Source: Gammaproteobacteria bacterium (lineage in GTDB: Bacteria; Pseudomonadota; Gammaproteobacteria; Steroidobacterales; GCA-2729495). From it: a DNA stretch of 64,000 nucleotides. The stretch lies in assembly GCA_021773815.1 (NCBI GenBank), contig JAJFJS010000026.1:4693-68692 (forward strand). The letters run 5' to 3'. Numbering within the stretch: position 1 is the stretch's first letter; each line of letters opens with the position of its first letter. Both the position numbers and the translations under genes were made by a program. Under the pieces are notes generated by a model, which saw only the letters and a program-made list of their open reading frames with translations, ran no database searches and had not been told where the DNA came from. Below are positions 7,575 to 18,564 of this stretch, piece after piece.

Positions 7575-8117
7575 TCAACGGTTATAGATGATTTCGACGC
7601 GACGATTCAGGCTCCAGGCCTCCTCGTCGCTGCCCAGCGCCGCAGGACGTTCCTCGCCATAGCTAACGGTGCTCAGTTGCGATACCGTCGCGCCGCGCAG
7701 GAGCAGGATCTGCCGCACGGCCTGCGCGCGTCGCTCACCGAGACCGATGTTGTATTCACGGCTGCCCCGCTCATCGCCGTGCCCCTCCAGACGCACCTGC
7801 AGATCGGGATGCTCGGCCATGTATCGACCATGCTCGCCCAGCAGCACCTGCCCGGCGTCGTCGACATCGGCCTTGTCGTACCCAAAGTAGATCACCCGAT
7901 TCTCCAGTACGCCGCCCGGCGCCGCGGAATCGCCGAACTCGTCACCGCTCATGAACCCGTCATCGGCGTACCCGGACGAGCGCGCGTCGTCCCCGGAGGT
8001 CGTGCCGTCACCGTAGTCGAACCCGTCGCCGCCGTCGTCCGTCATGCTGCCCGACCCGGCGCAACCGGCCAGGGCCAGTACCAGAGCCGGAATCAATCCA
8101 TGCTTCAATGCGATCAT
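7575..8117 (-). CDS. pal: peptidoglycan-associated lipoprotein
   Basis: Lipobox LALAGC and an OmpA-like C-terminus (LEGHGDERGSREYNIGLGERRAQAV). Confidence 0.92.
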   Translation of the reverse strand: MIALKHGLIPALVLALAGCAGSGSMTDDGGDGFDYGDGTTSGDDARSSGYADDGFMSGDEFGDSAAPGGVLENRVIYFGYDKADVDDAGQVLLGEHGRYMAEHPDLQVRLEGHGDERGSREYNIGLGERRAQAVRQILLLRGATVSQLSTVSYGEERPAALGSDEEAWSLNRRVEIIYNR

Positions 8118-8193
8118 CTGCTGATGCTCCTTCCGAAATTTTCTGCTATTTAAGATGAATAATTATCTATAAGTACATAATTACTCTTACAAA

Positions 8194-9507
8194 TTAGTTC
8201 ACTCGAAACGGCGACCAGGCCGGCTCCCGGACATCGCCTTCGACCGACGAGATGCGCCGGTGAATGCGCCCGTCCGTCGTCACGGTGGCCAGCACGCCCC
8301 GGCGACCGTCCCGCGTCGCGTAAATCAGCGTCTCCCCGTTCGGCGCAAAACTCGGCGATTCGTCCAGCGCGCCCTTTGTCAGTACCTGCGTGAAACGCCG
8401 TTCCAGATCAATCACCGCGATTCTATAGTTGCCGCGGTCGTTATGCACAACTGCGAGCCGTCCATCGGCCGGCGACAGCCTCGGTCGCGCATTATACGGG
8501 CCTTCGAAACTGACCCGGGCGGCCTGCCCGCCACGCGTCGGGACCCGGTAGACCTGCGGCTGCCCGGCCCGATCCGAAGTAAAGAATATTTCGTTGCCAT
8601 CGGCCGACCATGCCGGCTCGGTGTCGATCGAACCGCGCTCCGTCAGGCGCGTCAGCACCTGGGATTCGAGATCCAGCGTATAGATATCGAGGTTGCCGTC
8701 GGCTTTGGACAGCGTCAGCGCGAGCCGGCGGCCGTCCGGCGACCAGGCCGGCGCTCCGTTGACGCCGGGTCGACTCGATACGCGCTGGCGCGCACCCGAA
8801 CGCAGCGTCTGGACATAGATTTCCGACTGCTTCTTCTCGAACGACACATAGGCAAGCTTGCGGCCGTCCGGGGACCAGGCCGGCGACATCAACGGCTCGT
8901 TCGATTCGACGAGGATACGCGCGTTCTCGCCGTCCGCATCGGCGACGATCAACCGGAAGCGCTGGTTCGGCGGCGCACCATCGACCGTGATGTACGCAAT
9001 CCGCGTTGCGAAGATGCCGCGGATACCGGTCAGCTCGCGGTAGACCATATCGGCGACGAGGTGGCTGGCGCCGCGCAATTGCGTGGCGCTGGCAGGCTGG
9101 CGGTAGCCGAGCAGCTGCTTGCCGCGAAACACATCGAAGAGCTGGAACTGGATCGTGTAACGATCATTGCCCGCCGGGACGAGTCGACCGACGATGACCA
9201 CCTCGATACCGAGGATGCGCCAGTCGTCAAAATCGATCGCGCTGCCGCTCGTCGGCCGCTCAAGCATGTCGTCCGGCGCCAGCGGCGCGAACCGGCCGCT
9301 GCTGCCCAGGTCGGCGCTGACCAGCGCAGCGACATCAAAGGGTGCAGGGCCCGGGCCTTCCCAGCCGAACGGCACGACGGCAATGGGTACGGCCTGCTCG
9401 ACGCCGCCGGTAATCTCGATGCGCAGTTCGGCCTGCGCCACAGCGAAAGCCGCGCACCACAACAACAGGCCCGTCAGTATTTTTCCGTGGTTAATCATCA
9501 GTTTCAT
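8194..9507 (-). CDS. tolB: Tol-Pal system beta-propeller protein TolB
   Basis: Signal peptide and repeated PAWSPDG propeller motifs; located between tolA and pal. Confidence 0.95.
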   Translation of the reverse strand: MKLMINHGKILTGLLLWCAAFAVAQAELRIEITGGVEQAVPIAVVPFGWEGPGPAPFDVAALVSADLGSSGRFAPLAPDDMLERPTSGSAIDFDDWRILGIEVVIVGRLVPAGNDRYTIQFQLFDVFRGKQLLGYRQPASATQLRGASHLVADMVYRELTGIRGIFATRIAYITVDGAPPNQRFRLIVADADGENARILVESNEPLMSPAWSPDGRKLAYVSFEKKQSEIYVQTLRSGARQRVSSRPGVNGAPAWSPDGRRLALTLSKADGNLDIYTLDLESQVLTRLTERGSIDTEPAWSADGNEIFFTSDRAGQPQVYRVPTRGGQAARVSFEGPYNARPRLSPADGRLAVVHNDRGNYRIAVIDLERRFTQVLTKGALDESPSFAPNGETLIYATRDGRRGVLATVTTDGRIHRRISSVEGDVREPAWSPFRVN

Positions 9508-9528
9508 TATTTCCCAATAAGTACAACG

Positions 9529-10368
9529 CTATTCTTCCGGCCTGAACGTAAACCGCAGGTTCCGATCGAACAGACTCGGATCCGGCGGTGGCGGCAACGG
9601 CGATGCCCGGTAGACGGCCGCCTCGATCGAACGCACGACGGCCGCGTCGCCGTTGCAGCTGCCGATGCGGACATTGACAATCTCGCCGCCGGGAATCTGT
9701 GAGACATGCACATCGCACTCGATACCCGGCGTCGCGCTCGCCGGTCGGATCCAGTTCCTGTTCACGCGCGAACTGATCGCCGCAATATATTGCTGCAGCT
9801 TGCCGGCGGCAACAGCGGCCTGCCGCTGCTCCTCCGCGGCGATCTCGCTTTGCAGCTGGCGCTGAATCTCCGCCTGACGCTTGCGCTCGGCCTCCTGGCG
9901 ACGTTGCTCCGCAAGCCGTGCAGCCTCATCCTTGCGCTTCTGTTCGGCCGCACGCGCCGCTTCTTCCTTACGTTTCTGTTCGGCAACGCGCTGGCGCTCG
10001 GCCTCGGTCTTGCGTTTCTGCTCGGCGACCCGCGCCGCCTCATCCTTGCGCTTCTGTTCGGCAACCCGTGTGCGTTCGGCCTCGGCCTTGCGGTCCTGCT
10101 CAGCCTGCCGCTGTTGCTCCTGCTCGCGGCGCCGCTGCTCGGCGGCCTGCTGCTGGCGCTCGCGTTCCAGTTGCAGCTGCCGCTCCGCCTCTCGTTGCTC
10201 GCGGATCGCACTCATATCGATGACCGTCGCCTCGATGGCCAGTTGCACCGGTGGCGGCTCCCTGGCCGGCATCCGGATCAGGTTGAACCCGAAGGCAAGC
10301 AGCAGCAGCGCGTGCCCGACAACCGAAATGGTCAGGCCACCGGAATATTCTCTGGCGAGCGATGCCAC
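9529..10368 (-). CDS. tolA: cell envelope integrity protein TolA
   Basis: N-terminal TM helix, a long AEQKRK(D/E)EAAR-type repeated helical domain and a C-terminal globular domain; located between tolR and tolB. Confidence 0.85.
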   Translation of the reverse strand: MASLAREYSGGLTISVVGHALLLLAFGFNLIRMPAREPPPVQLAIEATVIDMSAIREQREAERQLQLERERQQQAAEQRRREQEQQRQAEQDRKAEAERTRVAEQKRKDEAARVAEQKRKTEAERQRVAEQKRKEEAARAAEQKRKDEAARLAEQRRQEAERKRQAEIQRQLQSEIAAEEQRQAAVAAGKLQQYIAAISSRVNRNWIRPASATPGIECDVHVSQIPGGEIVNVRIGSCNGDAAVVRSIEAAVYRASPLPPPPDPSLFDRNLRFTFRPEE

Positions 10369-10380
10369 GATTCCGGCCGT

Positions 10381-10820
10381 TCAACCAGACTTGAGCAGTT
10401 CGAAGTCGGCCGGATCGGTCAGGAAACCGATTTTCTCGGCGCCCGCGCGTTGCAGCAGCACCATCGCCGCCACGACATCGCCGTACGGCACGCGAAAATC
10501 CGCCTTGACGAGCACCGGCGTGGCCGGACTGCGCCCGAGCACGACGGACACCATGCGCACGATGCGGTCGGCCTCGAGCGGCTGGGATTCATCGTCGCCG
10601 ACATTCAGGTACAGCTTGCCTGTCGTATCGATGGACAACACCAGCGGATCGGCGTTCTCGGTCGGATCGATCGGCTCGGCGCCGGCCTTCGGCAATTCGA
10701 CCTCGATCCCCTGCGTCAGCAGCGGCGCCGTGACCATAAAAATAATGAGCAGGACCAGCATCACATCAATGTACGGTACGACATTGATCTCGCCCATCAA
10801 GCGACGCTTGCGGATCTCGT

Positions 10821-10824
<4 letters not shown>
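10381..10824 (-). CDS. tolR: Tol-Pal system protein TolR (ExbD family)
   Basis: INVVPYIDVMLVLLIIFM TM motif; 4-nt overlap with tolQ. Confidence 0.9.
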
Positions 10825-11522
<698 letters not shown>

Positions 11523-11587
11523 ACCCAGTATCCTCTAAAACTTATCCTGTAAGCGGTCCGCGACATCGCGGACTCGTCCGTGTTAAT

Positions 11588-11643
11588 CATTACCCGGGGC
11601 TCATTACCCGGGGCTCATTACCCGGGGCCTATCACCCAAGGGT
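11588..11643. repeat. 14-bp tandem repeat TCATTACCCGGGGC, three perfect copies plus one degenerate, in the ybgC-tolQ spacer
   Basis: Read directly: units at 11588-11601, 11602-11615 and 11616-11629, with a degenerate unit running to 11643. Each unit contains the palindrome CCCGGG. Confidence 0.9.
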
Positions 11644-12087
11644 TCATCGCGTCGCACGACCCGGCATCGATGTGCCCACGGCGTCCCGTTGCGCATCAAA
11701 CAGGCCGCGCGGTATGCGCCGCGGCCGAAAGGTCCGGGCATCGATACATGCCGCCACGCAGTCCGCACTGCACAGCAATTCATCGTCGCCGCTTCGATGC
11801 ACGGCCTGCGCGAGTGCAATTCGAGCGCGCCCGATTGCCGTGACTTGCGTGCGCACGAGCAGCTCGTCGTTAAAGCGCGCCGGGCGGTGGAAGCGCACAC
11901 CGGTACCCGTCAGCGCGAAACACAGCCCGTGTTCGCGCAGCAGCCAATCCTGTTCGACGCCGAGCTCGCGCAGCCATTCGGTCCGCCCACGCTCCATGAA
12001 TTTCAGGTAGTTCACAAAGTAGACGACCCCCTGCGCATCCGTGTCCTCGAAATACACCCGGACCCGGAATTCGTGCGACCCGTCCAT
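11644..12087 (-). CDS. ybgC: tol-pal-associated acyl-CoA thioesterase (4HBT hot-dog)
   Basis: FRVRVYFEDTDAQGVVYFVNYLKFMERGRTEW. The ATG at 12087 is preferred to the TTG at 12108. Confidence 0.85.
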   Translation of the reverse strand: MDGSHEFRVRVYFEDTDAQGVVYFVNYLKFMERGRTEWLRELGVEQDWLLREHGLCFALTGTGVRFHRPARFNDELLVRTQVTAIGRARIALAQAVHRSGDDELLCSADCVAACIDARTFRPRRIPRGLFDAQRDAVGTSMPGRATR

Positions 12088-12104
12088 GTCGGCGCCGGCG
12101 GCGT

Positions 12105-13154
12105 TCAATCGGACGATGCGGCGTCGTCGAACAGCGATCGCGTCGCGTCCGCTGCCGGCGCCTTGATGCCGAAATGCAACCAGGCCTTGCGGGTCGCCAT
12201 CCGACCGCGCGGCGTACGCTGCAAAAAACCCTGCTGGATCAGGTACGGTTCGATCACATCCTCGATGGTCCCGCGTTCCTCACCGATCGCCGCGGCCAGC
12301 GACTCGATACCGACCGGCCCGCCGTCGAAGCCTTCGATGACGGCCAGCAGTAACTTGCGGTCCATGACGTCGAAGCCGTTCGGATCGACATCAAGCATGT
12401 CCATCGCCGCCTGCGCGATCGTCTCGTCGATCCGGCCGTCGCCCTCGACTTCGGCATAGTCACGGACGCGCCGCAACAGACGGTTGGCGATTCGCGGGGT
12501 ACCGCGCGCCCGCAGCGCGATCTCGCGTGCGCCGGACGCATCGATCGGCACGCGCATGATCGCGGCCGAGCGCGTGACGATCGCACACAACTCGTCGGGC
12601 GTATAGAACTCGAGTCGCTGCACGATGCCGAACCGGTCGCGCAGCGGCGAGGTCAGCAATCCCGCCCGTGTGGTCGCACCGACCAGCGTGAACGGCGGCA
12701 CATCCAGCTTGATCGAGCGCGCGGCCGGGCCCTCACCGATCATGATGTCGAGCTGGAAATCTTCCATCGCCGGGTACAGCACTTCCTCGACGATGGGGCT
12801 GAGCCGATGAATCTCGTCGACGAACAGCACGTCGTGCGGTTCGAGGTTCGTCAGCATCGCCGCCAGGTCCCCTGGCCGTTCCAGCACCGGGCCGGAGGTA
12901 TGGCGCATCGTGACACCCATCTCGTTGGCGACGATATGCGCGAGCGTGGTCTTGCCCAGCCCCGGCGGACCGAAGATCAGCACGTGGTCGAGCGCCTCGC
13001 CACGTTGCACGGCCGCCGCGATGAAGATCCGCATCTGGCGCTTGACGGGCGCCTGACCGACGTAGTCGTCCAGCGCCTGCGGACGAATTGCCGCCTCGAC
13101 GGCCTCGTCGCCGGGCAGCGCATCGGCAGCGATGATTCTTGACTCTTCCGTCAT
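12105..13154 (-). CDS. ruvB: Holliday junction branch-migration helicase RuvB
   Basis: The protein starts MTEESRII and carries Walker [12 protein letters not shown] and [10 protein letters not shown]. The 589-aa track ORF is an upstream run-on through ruvA; the ATG at 13154 overlaps the ruvA stop (ATGA). Confidence 0.95.
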   Translation of the reverse strand: MTEESRIIAADALPGDEAVEAAIRPQALDDYVGQAPVKRQMRIFIAAAVQRGEALDHVLIFGPPGLGKTTLAHIVANEMGVTMRHTSGPVLERPGDLAAMLTNLEPHDVLFVDEIHRLSPIVEEVLYPAMEDFQLDIMIGEGPAARSIKLDVPPFTLVGATTRAGLLTSPLRDRFGIVQRLEFYTPDELCAIVTRSAAIMRVPIDASGAREIALRARGTPRIANRLLRRVRDYAEVEGDGRIDETIAQAAMDMLDVDPNGFDVMDRKLLLAVIEGFDGGPVGIESLAAAIGEERGTIEDVIEPYLIQQGFLQRTPRGRMATRKAWLHFGIKAPAADATRSLFDDAASSD

Positions 13155-13744
13155 GGCGCCGCCGACCTCAGCACCGCACGCAGAATGTCCTCGGTCCGAC
13201 CGCCGTCCGTCTTGACGCCGTCGAGCATCTTCTGCGCCTCGCCCTGCCCGTAACCGAGATTGATCAACGCGTTGAAGGCCTCGGCGCGCGGCGCGGCGCC
13301 CGGTTCCATCAGCCCCGCGACTTTGCCGCCGTCCGCCGGCGTCGCATCGATCCGGTCGCGCATATCGATAATCAGCCGTTCGGCCGTCTTGCGCCCGACG
13401 CCAGGCAGTCGTGCGAGCGTCGCCTTGTCCTCGGCGCGCACGCACTGAACGAATCCCTCGATGCTGATGCCCGACAGGATCGACAGCGCAAGCTTCGCAC
13501 CGACCCGATTGACCTTGAGCAGGTTGCGAAACAGCACCCGTTCGGCCTCGGTGCCGAACCCGAACAGAATCTGGGCGTCCTCGCGCACGACCAGGTGCGT
13601 GCGCAGTTCGACGTCGTGGCCGAGTTCGGGCAGGTTGAACAGCGTCGACATCGGCACTTCCAGTTCGTAGCCGACACCATTGACGTCGATCACGAGGAAC
13701 GGCGGTTCCTTGTGCTTCAGCACACCGCGCAGATACCCGATCAT
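13151..13744 (-). CDS. ruvA: Holliday junction DNA-binding protein RuvA
   Basis: [10 protein letters not shown]-terminus and HhH motif [12 protein letters not shown]. Confidence 0.95.
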   Translation of the reverse strand: MIGYLRGVLKHKEPPFLVIDVNGVGYELEVPMSTLFNLPELGHDVELRTHLVVREDAQILFGFGTEAERVLFRNLLKVNRVGAKLALSILSGISIEGFVQCVRAEDKATLARLPGVGRKTAERLIIDMRDRIDATPADGGKVAGLMEPGAAPRAEAFNALINLGYGQGEAQKMLDGVKTDGGRTEDILRAVLRSAAP

Positions 13745-14295
13745 CCGGCGAATTTCCGCCAGCCGGCACGTCCACCCGAGCGCCGGGCCGTCGACGAACG
13801 GGCCGCAACGCCGGTGCGCAAACGAAAGCTGTGGGCATGGCAGATCGCGACCGCGAGCGCGTCCGCCTCATCACTGACCGGCGTCGCGTCCAGCGCGAGG
13901 ATCGCCTTGACCATGTGTTGCACCTGCTGTTTTGCGGCGGCGCCGCTGCCGACGACGGCCTGCTTGATTTCGCGCGGGGCGTATTCGTGCAGCGTAGCGT
14001 TCCCGGCGAAGGTCGCGCAGATCGATGCCGCCCGCGCCTGGCCCAGTTTCAGCGCGCTGTCGGCATTCTTGTGCACGAAAACCTGCTCGATCGCGACCGA
14101 TACCGGCGCGTACTCGGCCACCAATGCGCCGATGCCGGTGAAAATCGCTTCAAGCCGCGACATGAACGGCCCGTCGCCGACCCGTACGCAGCCGCTGGCG
14201 ACATAGCGCGTCGCGGCACCATCGGTGTCGATGATCCCGTAGCCGGTCACACGCGAGCCCGGATCAATGCCCAGTATGCGTATCGCGTCAGTCAA
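13741..14295 (-). CDS. ruvC: crossover junction endodeoxyribonuclease RuvC
   Basis: [15 protein letters not shown]; 4-nt overlap with ruvA. Confidence 0.95.
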   Translation of the reverse strand: MTDAIRILGIDPGSRVTGYGIIDTDGAATRYVASGCVRVGDGPFMSRLEAIFTGIGALVAEYAPVSVAIEQVFVHKNADSALKLGQARAASICATFAGNATLHEYAPREIKQAVVGSGAAAKQQVQHMVKAILALDATPVSDEADALAVAICHAHSFRLRTGVAARSSTARRSGGRAGWRKFAG

Positions 14296-14305
14296 CGGTC
14301 ATACC

Positions 14306-15049
14306 TTACAACCTGGCGAGGATCTCATCGGGAATCTCGGCATTCGAATATACCTGTTGCACGTCATCCAGATCCTCCAGCATCTCGAGGAGCTTCATCA
14401 TACTGGATGCCTCATTTTCCCCGAGCGTCGCGGACACCGAGGCGCGCATCGTGACCTCGGCGAGTTCAGCCGGGATTGCGCTGCTGTCGAGCGCATCACG
14501 CACCGTGTCGAATTCGGCCGGGTCGGTGAGCACGTCGATCGATCCGTCGTCGTTGGTCACGACATCCTCGGCGCCGGCCTCGATCGCTGCCTCTATCAAC
14601 ACATCCTCGTCGGCGCCTGCCGGGAAACTGAGCAGCCCGACCTGATTGAACAGGTAGGCTACCGACCCGTCGGCGCCGAGATTGCCGCCGTATTTGGCGA
14701 ACGCGTGCCGGACGTCCGCGACCGTGCGATTACGATTGTCGGTCAGGCACTCGACCATGACCGCGACCCCGCCCGGCCCATAACCTTCGTACAGGATTTC
14801 CTCGTAGTCCGAGCCGTCCAGGTCGCCCGAGCCCCGCTTGATCGCGCGCTCGATATTGTCCTTGGGCATGCTCTGCGCCTTGGCCTTGTCGATCGCCAGG
14901 CGCAGTGCCGGATTCGCATCCGGGTCGCCGCCGCCGGCGCGCGCCGCGACCGTGATGTCACGAATCAGCTTGGTGAAAAGTTTGCCGCGCTTCTTGTCCT
15001 GGGCACCTTTGCGATGCTGAATATTCGCCCATTTACTGTGACCCGCCAT
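14306..15049 (-). CDS. yebC: YebC/PmpR family DNA-binding transcriptional regulator
   Basis: [24 protein letters not shown]-terminus; located upstream of ruvC, as is usual. Confidence 0.9.
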   Translation of the reverse strand: MAGHSKWANIQHRKGAQDKKRGKLFTKLIRDITVAARAGGGDPDANPALRLAIDKAKAQSMPKDNIERAIKRGSGDLDGSDYEEILYEGYGPGGVAVMVECLTDNRNRTVADVRHAFAKYGGNLGADGSVAYLFNQVGLLSFPAGADEDVLIEAAIEAGAEDVVTNDDGSIDVLTDPAEFDTVRDALDSSAIPAELAEVTMRASVSATLGENEASSMMKLLEMLEDLDDVQQVYSNAEIPDEILARL

Positions 15050-15110
15050 ATCGTTACCCGAATCCCCCCGCTATCAATAAATTTTCGCCGTCGTCACGGC
15101 CGCCCGATGC

Positions 15111-15671
15111 TCAGAAGCGCAGCGACATACCGATGTGCATGCCGGTGTCGAAGCGCGCGTCCGGCACGCCGTTCTTGTAGCCACCCCTGACGTAACGAGC
15201 GCCGATATACAGATCGGCCTGACGCAGGACGTTGTAGCTGGCGCGCAGCGTGTATTCCTCGTACTTGTCCATGTCCCCCATCGCGAGAATGTCGGGCGCG
15301 AAATACAGACTGCCGCTGACGGACAACCGGTCCAGGCCCCTGGGCGTGTACCGGGCAAAACCGCCGATCGGCACCGCGACGCCGCTCTGCTTGCTGATAT
15401 CACCGTCGGTGTAGACGATGCGACCGCCGAGGCCCGCCTTGATGGTGTTGGCGCCCGACGATGCAAGATCGACGAGATGGACACCGGCATGCAGCACATC
15501 GCCGTTATCGGAATGGTAGAGCCAGCCGCCGTCGAAATTCAGGCCGGTCGATTTCATTTCGTGGACATATTGCAGCCGCAATGCATCGCTATTGAGGCTC
15601 AGGTCGATTTCATCGGCCATAACCTGCGCGCACAACACAACCGCCCCAATCAGGCAGACAATGGTTCTCAT
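15111..15671 (-). CDS. small outer-membrane beta-barrel protein (YfaZ-like)
   Basis: Signal peptide, alternating hydrophobic pattern and C-terminal ...GMSLRF. The ATG at 15671 has a GAGGAG RBS. Confidence 0.55.
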   Translation of the reverse strand: MRTIVCLIGAVVLCAQVMADEIDLSLNSDALRLQYVHEMKSTGLNFDGGWLYHSDNGDVLHAGVHLVDLASSGANTIKAGLGGRIVYTDGDISKQSGVAVPIGGFARYTPRGLDRLSVSGSLYFAPDILAMGDMDKYEEYTLRASYNVLRQADLYIGARYVRGGYKNGVPDARFDTGMHIGMSLRF

Positions 15672-15792
15672 CCTTGGACTCCTCAACAACAACCCGGCAA
15701 TCATACCCGAAAGCGCGCCGTTGCAACCCGGTTCGACAACCGGTGGGCAGCTCAGAAACTACTCGAACTAGACAATATTTACGCCATTAATT

Positions 15793-17220
15793 TCAACGAT
15801 TTATGGCATGTATTGCACGTCGATCCACGGATAATGCGGCCTCGTGAACGGCCTCCGTCAACGTCGGATGACCGTGGATGGTTCGCTGCAGATCTTCGGT
15901 GCTGGCCTCAAACTCCAGCGCCAGCACGGCCTCACCGATCAACTCGCCGGCCAGCGGCCCGCAGATGTGCACCCCGAGGATTCGGTCGCTGCGGACATCG
16001 GACAGCATCTTGACGAGCCCGGCATCCTGATCCATCGCCTTGGCCCGGCCGCTCGCGGCAAAATTGAATGTGCCCGATTTATAGTCGACGCCGGCCTCCT
16101 TGAGTTGCTCCTCGGTCCGGCCGACCCACGCGATCTCGGGCGCGGTATAGATGACCGACGGGATCACGTCGTAATTGACCTCCGTGACCTTGCCGGCGAT
16201 CAGGTCGGCGACCATGACGCCCTCTTCGGATCCCTTGTGCGCCAGCATCGGGCCGCGGACGACATCGCCGACCGCCCAGACGTTCGACGCCGTGGTCCGG
16301 CATTGCGCGTCGACCTCGATCAGGCCGCGCTCGCTGACATCGACCCCGGCCAGCGGATCGAGCAAACCCGCGGTCTCGGCCCGCCTGCCGACGGCCACAA
16401 TAACTTTGTCGACGCTGATCTCGTGCCCGCCCTGCTTGTCGTCATATTTGAGCAGGATGCCGTCGGCGGTGTGTTCGGTCTCGCGCACCATGGCGCCGAG
16501 ACGGATGTCGAGCCCCTGCTTCTTGAACTGTCGCTGCGCCTCGCGCGCAATCTGTCCGTCGGCCATGAACAGGAACTTGTCCATGGCCTCGAGGATCGTG
16601 ACCTCGGCGCCCAGGCGTTTCCAGACGCTGCCGAGTTCGAGCCCGATGACGCCGGCACCGATGACTCCCAGTCGCGCGGGCACCTTGTCAAACTCCAGCG
16701 CCCCGGTCGAGTCGACGATACGCTCGCCGTCGTACGGCGCGGCCGCGAGTTCGACCGGTACCGAGCCGGTTGCAAGGATCACGTGATCGGCCTCCAGCAA
16801 CTCCGGTTCGCCGTCGTGGGGCGTGTACTGCACCTTCAGATCGGGCAGCAGTCGGCCGCGCCCGAACAACCCCGTCACGCCGCCGGCCTTGAAAAGAGAG
16901 GCGATGCCGCCGCTGAGGTCCCGGACGATCCGGTCCTTGCGGCCCTGCATCGTATCGAGGTCCAGCGCCAGGTTGCCTATCTGTATGCCGTGGCCGGCAA
17001 ACTCGACGGCCGCGCGGTGATAGAGCTCGGACGATTCGAGCAACGCCTTGGACGGGATGCAGCCGGCATTGAGGCAGGTGCCGCCGAACACCGGTTCGCC
17101 CCCGGGCGTGAGCCAGGCATCGATGCAGGCCGTCGACAGGCCGTGCTGTGCCGCACGGATCGCGGCGACATATCCGGCCGGTCCCGCGCCGATCACGACG
17201 ACGTCGTATTTTCCACTCAT
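15793..17220 (-). CDS. lpdA: dihydrolipoyl dehydrogenase (E3)
   Basis: VVVIGAGPAGY FAD motif and the redox disulfide GGTCLNAGCIPSK. Confidence 0.95.
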   Translation of the reverse strand: MSGKYDVVVIGAGPAGYVAAIRAAQHGLSTACIDAWLTPGGEPVFGGTCLNAGCIPSKALLESSELYHRAAVEFAGHGIQIGNLALDLDTMQGRKDRIVRDLSGGIASLFKAGGVTGLFGRGRLLPDLKVQYTPHDGEPELLEADHVILATGSVPVELAAAPYDGERIVDSTGALEFDKVPARLGVIGAGVIGLELGSVWKRLGAEVTILEAMDKFLFMADGQIAREAQRQFKKQGLDIRLGAMVRETEHTADGILLKYDDKQGGHEISVDKVIVAVGRRAETAGLLDPLAGVDVSERGLIEVDAQCRTTASNVWAVGDVVRGPMLAHKGSEEGVMVADLIAGKVTEVNYDVIPSVIYTAPEIAWVGRTEEQLKEAGVDYKSGTFNFAASGRAKAMDQDAGLVKMLSDVRSDRILGVHICGPLAGELIGEAVLALEFEASTEDLQRTIHGHPTLTEAVHEAALSVDRRAIHAINR

Positions 17221-17244
17221 ACTTTTATCCCCGTCGGCGTGTCA

Positions 17245-18498
17245 TCAGACCTGCAACAGCAGGCGGCCCGGATCCTCGAGCGACTGCTTGATCGTCATGA
17301 GAAATTGCACGGCATCGCTGCCGTCGACAATCCGGTGATCGTAGGTCAGCGCGACATACATCATCGGCCGCGCGACGATCTCGCCGTCGATGACCTGTGC
17401 GCGTTGTTGAATCGTATGCATGCCCAGGATCGCGCACTGCGGGGGATTCAGAATCGGCGTCGACAGCATCGATCCGAACACGCCGCCGTTGGTGATCGTA
17501 AACGTACCACCGGTCAATTCGTCCATCGAGATCGAGCCGTCACGCGCCTTGGCGCCATACTCGCGAATGGTGTTCTCGACTTCCGCGAAACTCAGCCGGT
17601 CGGCGTTGCGTACGACCGGAACGATCAGGCCGCGTTCGCTCGATACCGCGATACCGACGTCAAAATAATCGTGATAGACGATGTCCTTGCCTTCGATCGA
17701 AGCATTCAACACCGGAAAACGCCGCAGCGCCTCGATGGCTGCGCCGACGAAAAATGACATCAGTCCCAGCTTGACGCCGTGCTTCTTCTCAAACACTTCT
17801 TTATAGCGCTGGCGCAACGCCATGACCTCGGTCAGGTCAATCTCGTTAAATGTCGTCAGCATCGCAGCCGTCTGCTGCGCCTCGACCATACGTTCGGCAA
17901 TGCGTGCGCGCAGTCGCGTCATCGGCACACGATGCTCGCCACGCTGGCGGACGCCGGGCGCCGTCAGTTCCGGGGTCAGCGCCATCTCGGCCGAAACGGC
18001 CTCGGGATGCGGGCCGTGGTCGATAAACTCCTGGATATCGGACTTCAGAATCCGGCCGCCTTTGCCGCTGCCGGCAACGGCCGCCGGGTCGATGTCATGC
18101 TCGTCGAGCAGGCGCCGGACCGCGGGACTCAGTTTATCCGCGCTCGATCCCGCCGGTTCCGCATCGGCGGCGACAGTCACGTCGGGCGTCGCCGGTTCCG
18201 GTTCCGTTTTCGCCGCCACGGCCGCTGCCGGTAAGGCGGATTCTTCGGCATCGGCCACCTCTCCCGGTTCGATGATCGCGAGCAGTTCTCCACTCGTCAC
18301 CGTTGCGCCGTTCTCGACACTCAGTTCCTTGATCACGCCGCTGACCGGCGCCGGCACCTCCAGCACAACCTTGTCGGTTTCAAGATCCACGAGGTTCTCG
18401 TCGCGCTGCACGCTCTCGCCGGCCGCCTTGTGCCAACCCACCAGCGTCGCGTCGGCCACCGATTCGGGCAACTGCGGCACCTTGACTTCAATCGTCAT
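17245..18498 (-). CDS. sucB: 2-oxoglutarate dehydrogenase E2 dihydrolipoyllysine succinyltransferase
   Basis: Lipoyl domain ([11 protein letters not shown]) and catalytic motif TYDHRIVDG. Confidence 0.95.
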   Translation of the reverse strand: MTIEVKVPQLPESVADATLVGWHKAAGESVQRDENLVDLETDKVVLEVPAPVSGVIKELSVENGATVTSGELLAIIEPGEVADAEESALPAAAVAAKTEPEPATPDVTVAADAEPAGSSADKLSPAVRRLLDEHDIDPAAVAGSGKGGRILKSDIQEFIDHGPHPEAVSAEMALTPELTAPGVRQRGEHRVPMTRLRARIAERMVEAQQTAAMLTTFNEIDLTEVMALRQRYKEVFEKKHGVKLGLMSFFVGAAIEALRRFPVLNASIEGKDIVYHDYFDVGIAVSSERGLIVPVVRNADRLSFAEVENTIREYGAKARDGSISMDELTGGTFTITNGGVFGSMLSTPILNPPQCAILGMHTIQQRAQVIDGEIVARPMMYVALTYDHRIVDGSDAVQFLMTIKQSLEDPGRLLLQV

Positions 18499-18564
18499 TT
18501 TTAACGTCCTCTGTCATCGTTCGTGCGGGACTCTGATCTGCCGTCTCCCGCTTCCGGTTGATCA

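Noticed and set aside
9760-10210. Repetitive DNA inside tolA (repeated AEQKRK(D/E)EAAR-coding units) as a possible independent repeat element or CRISPR-like array
   Set aside because: The repeats are in frame, lack unique spacers, and correspond to the well-known Lys/Glu/Ala-rich helical domain II of TolA.
12105-13874. 589-aa ORF suggesting a giant RuvB with an Arg-rich N-terminal extension
   Set aside because: The first ~239 codons are the out-of-frame shadow of ruvA, which is itself a clean 197-aa ORF at 13151..13744. RuvB homology starts at MTEESRII (ATG 13154), which overlaps the ruvA stop.
15844-17757. 637-aa plus-strand ORF. Similar long ORFs occur at 5103..6320, 8260..9702, 9706..10905, 19867..21372, 42545..43621, 57024..58430 and 61786..63432.
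   Set aside because: All lie antisense to strongly supported conserved genes (lpdA/sucB, queC/queE, tolB, tolA/tolR, sucA, the TonB receptor, ftsK, clpA). They have the Arg/Ala/Gly/Pro-rich, low-complexity composition typical of open shadow frames in high-GC DNA.
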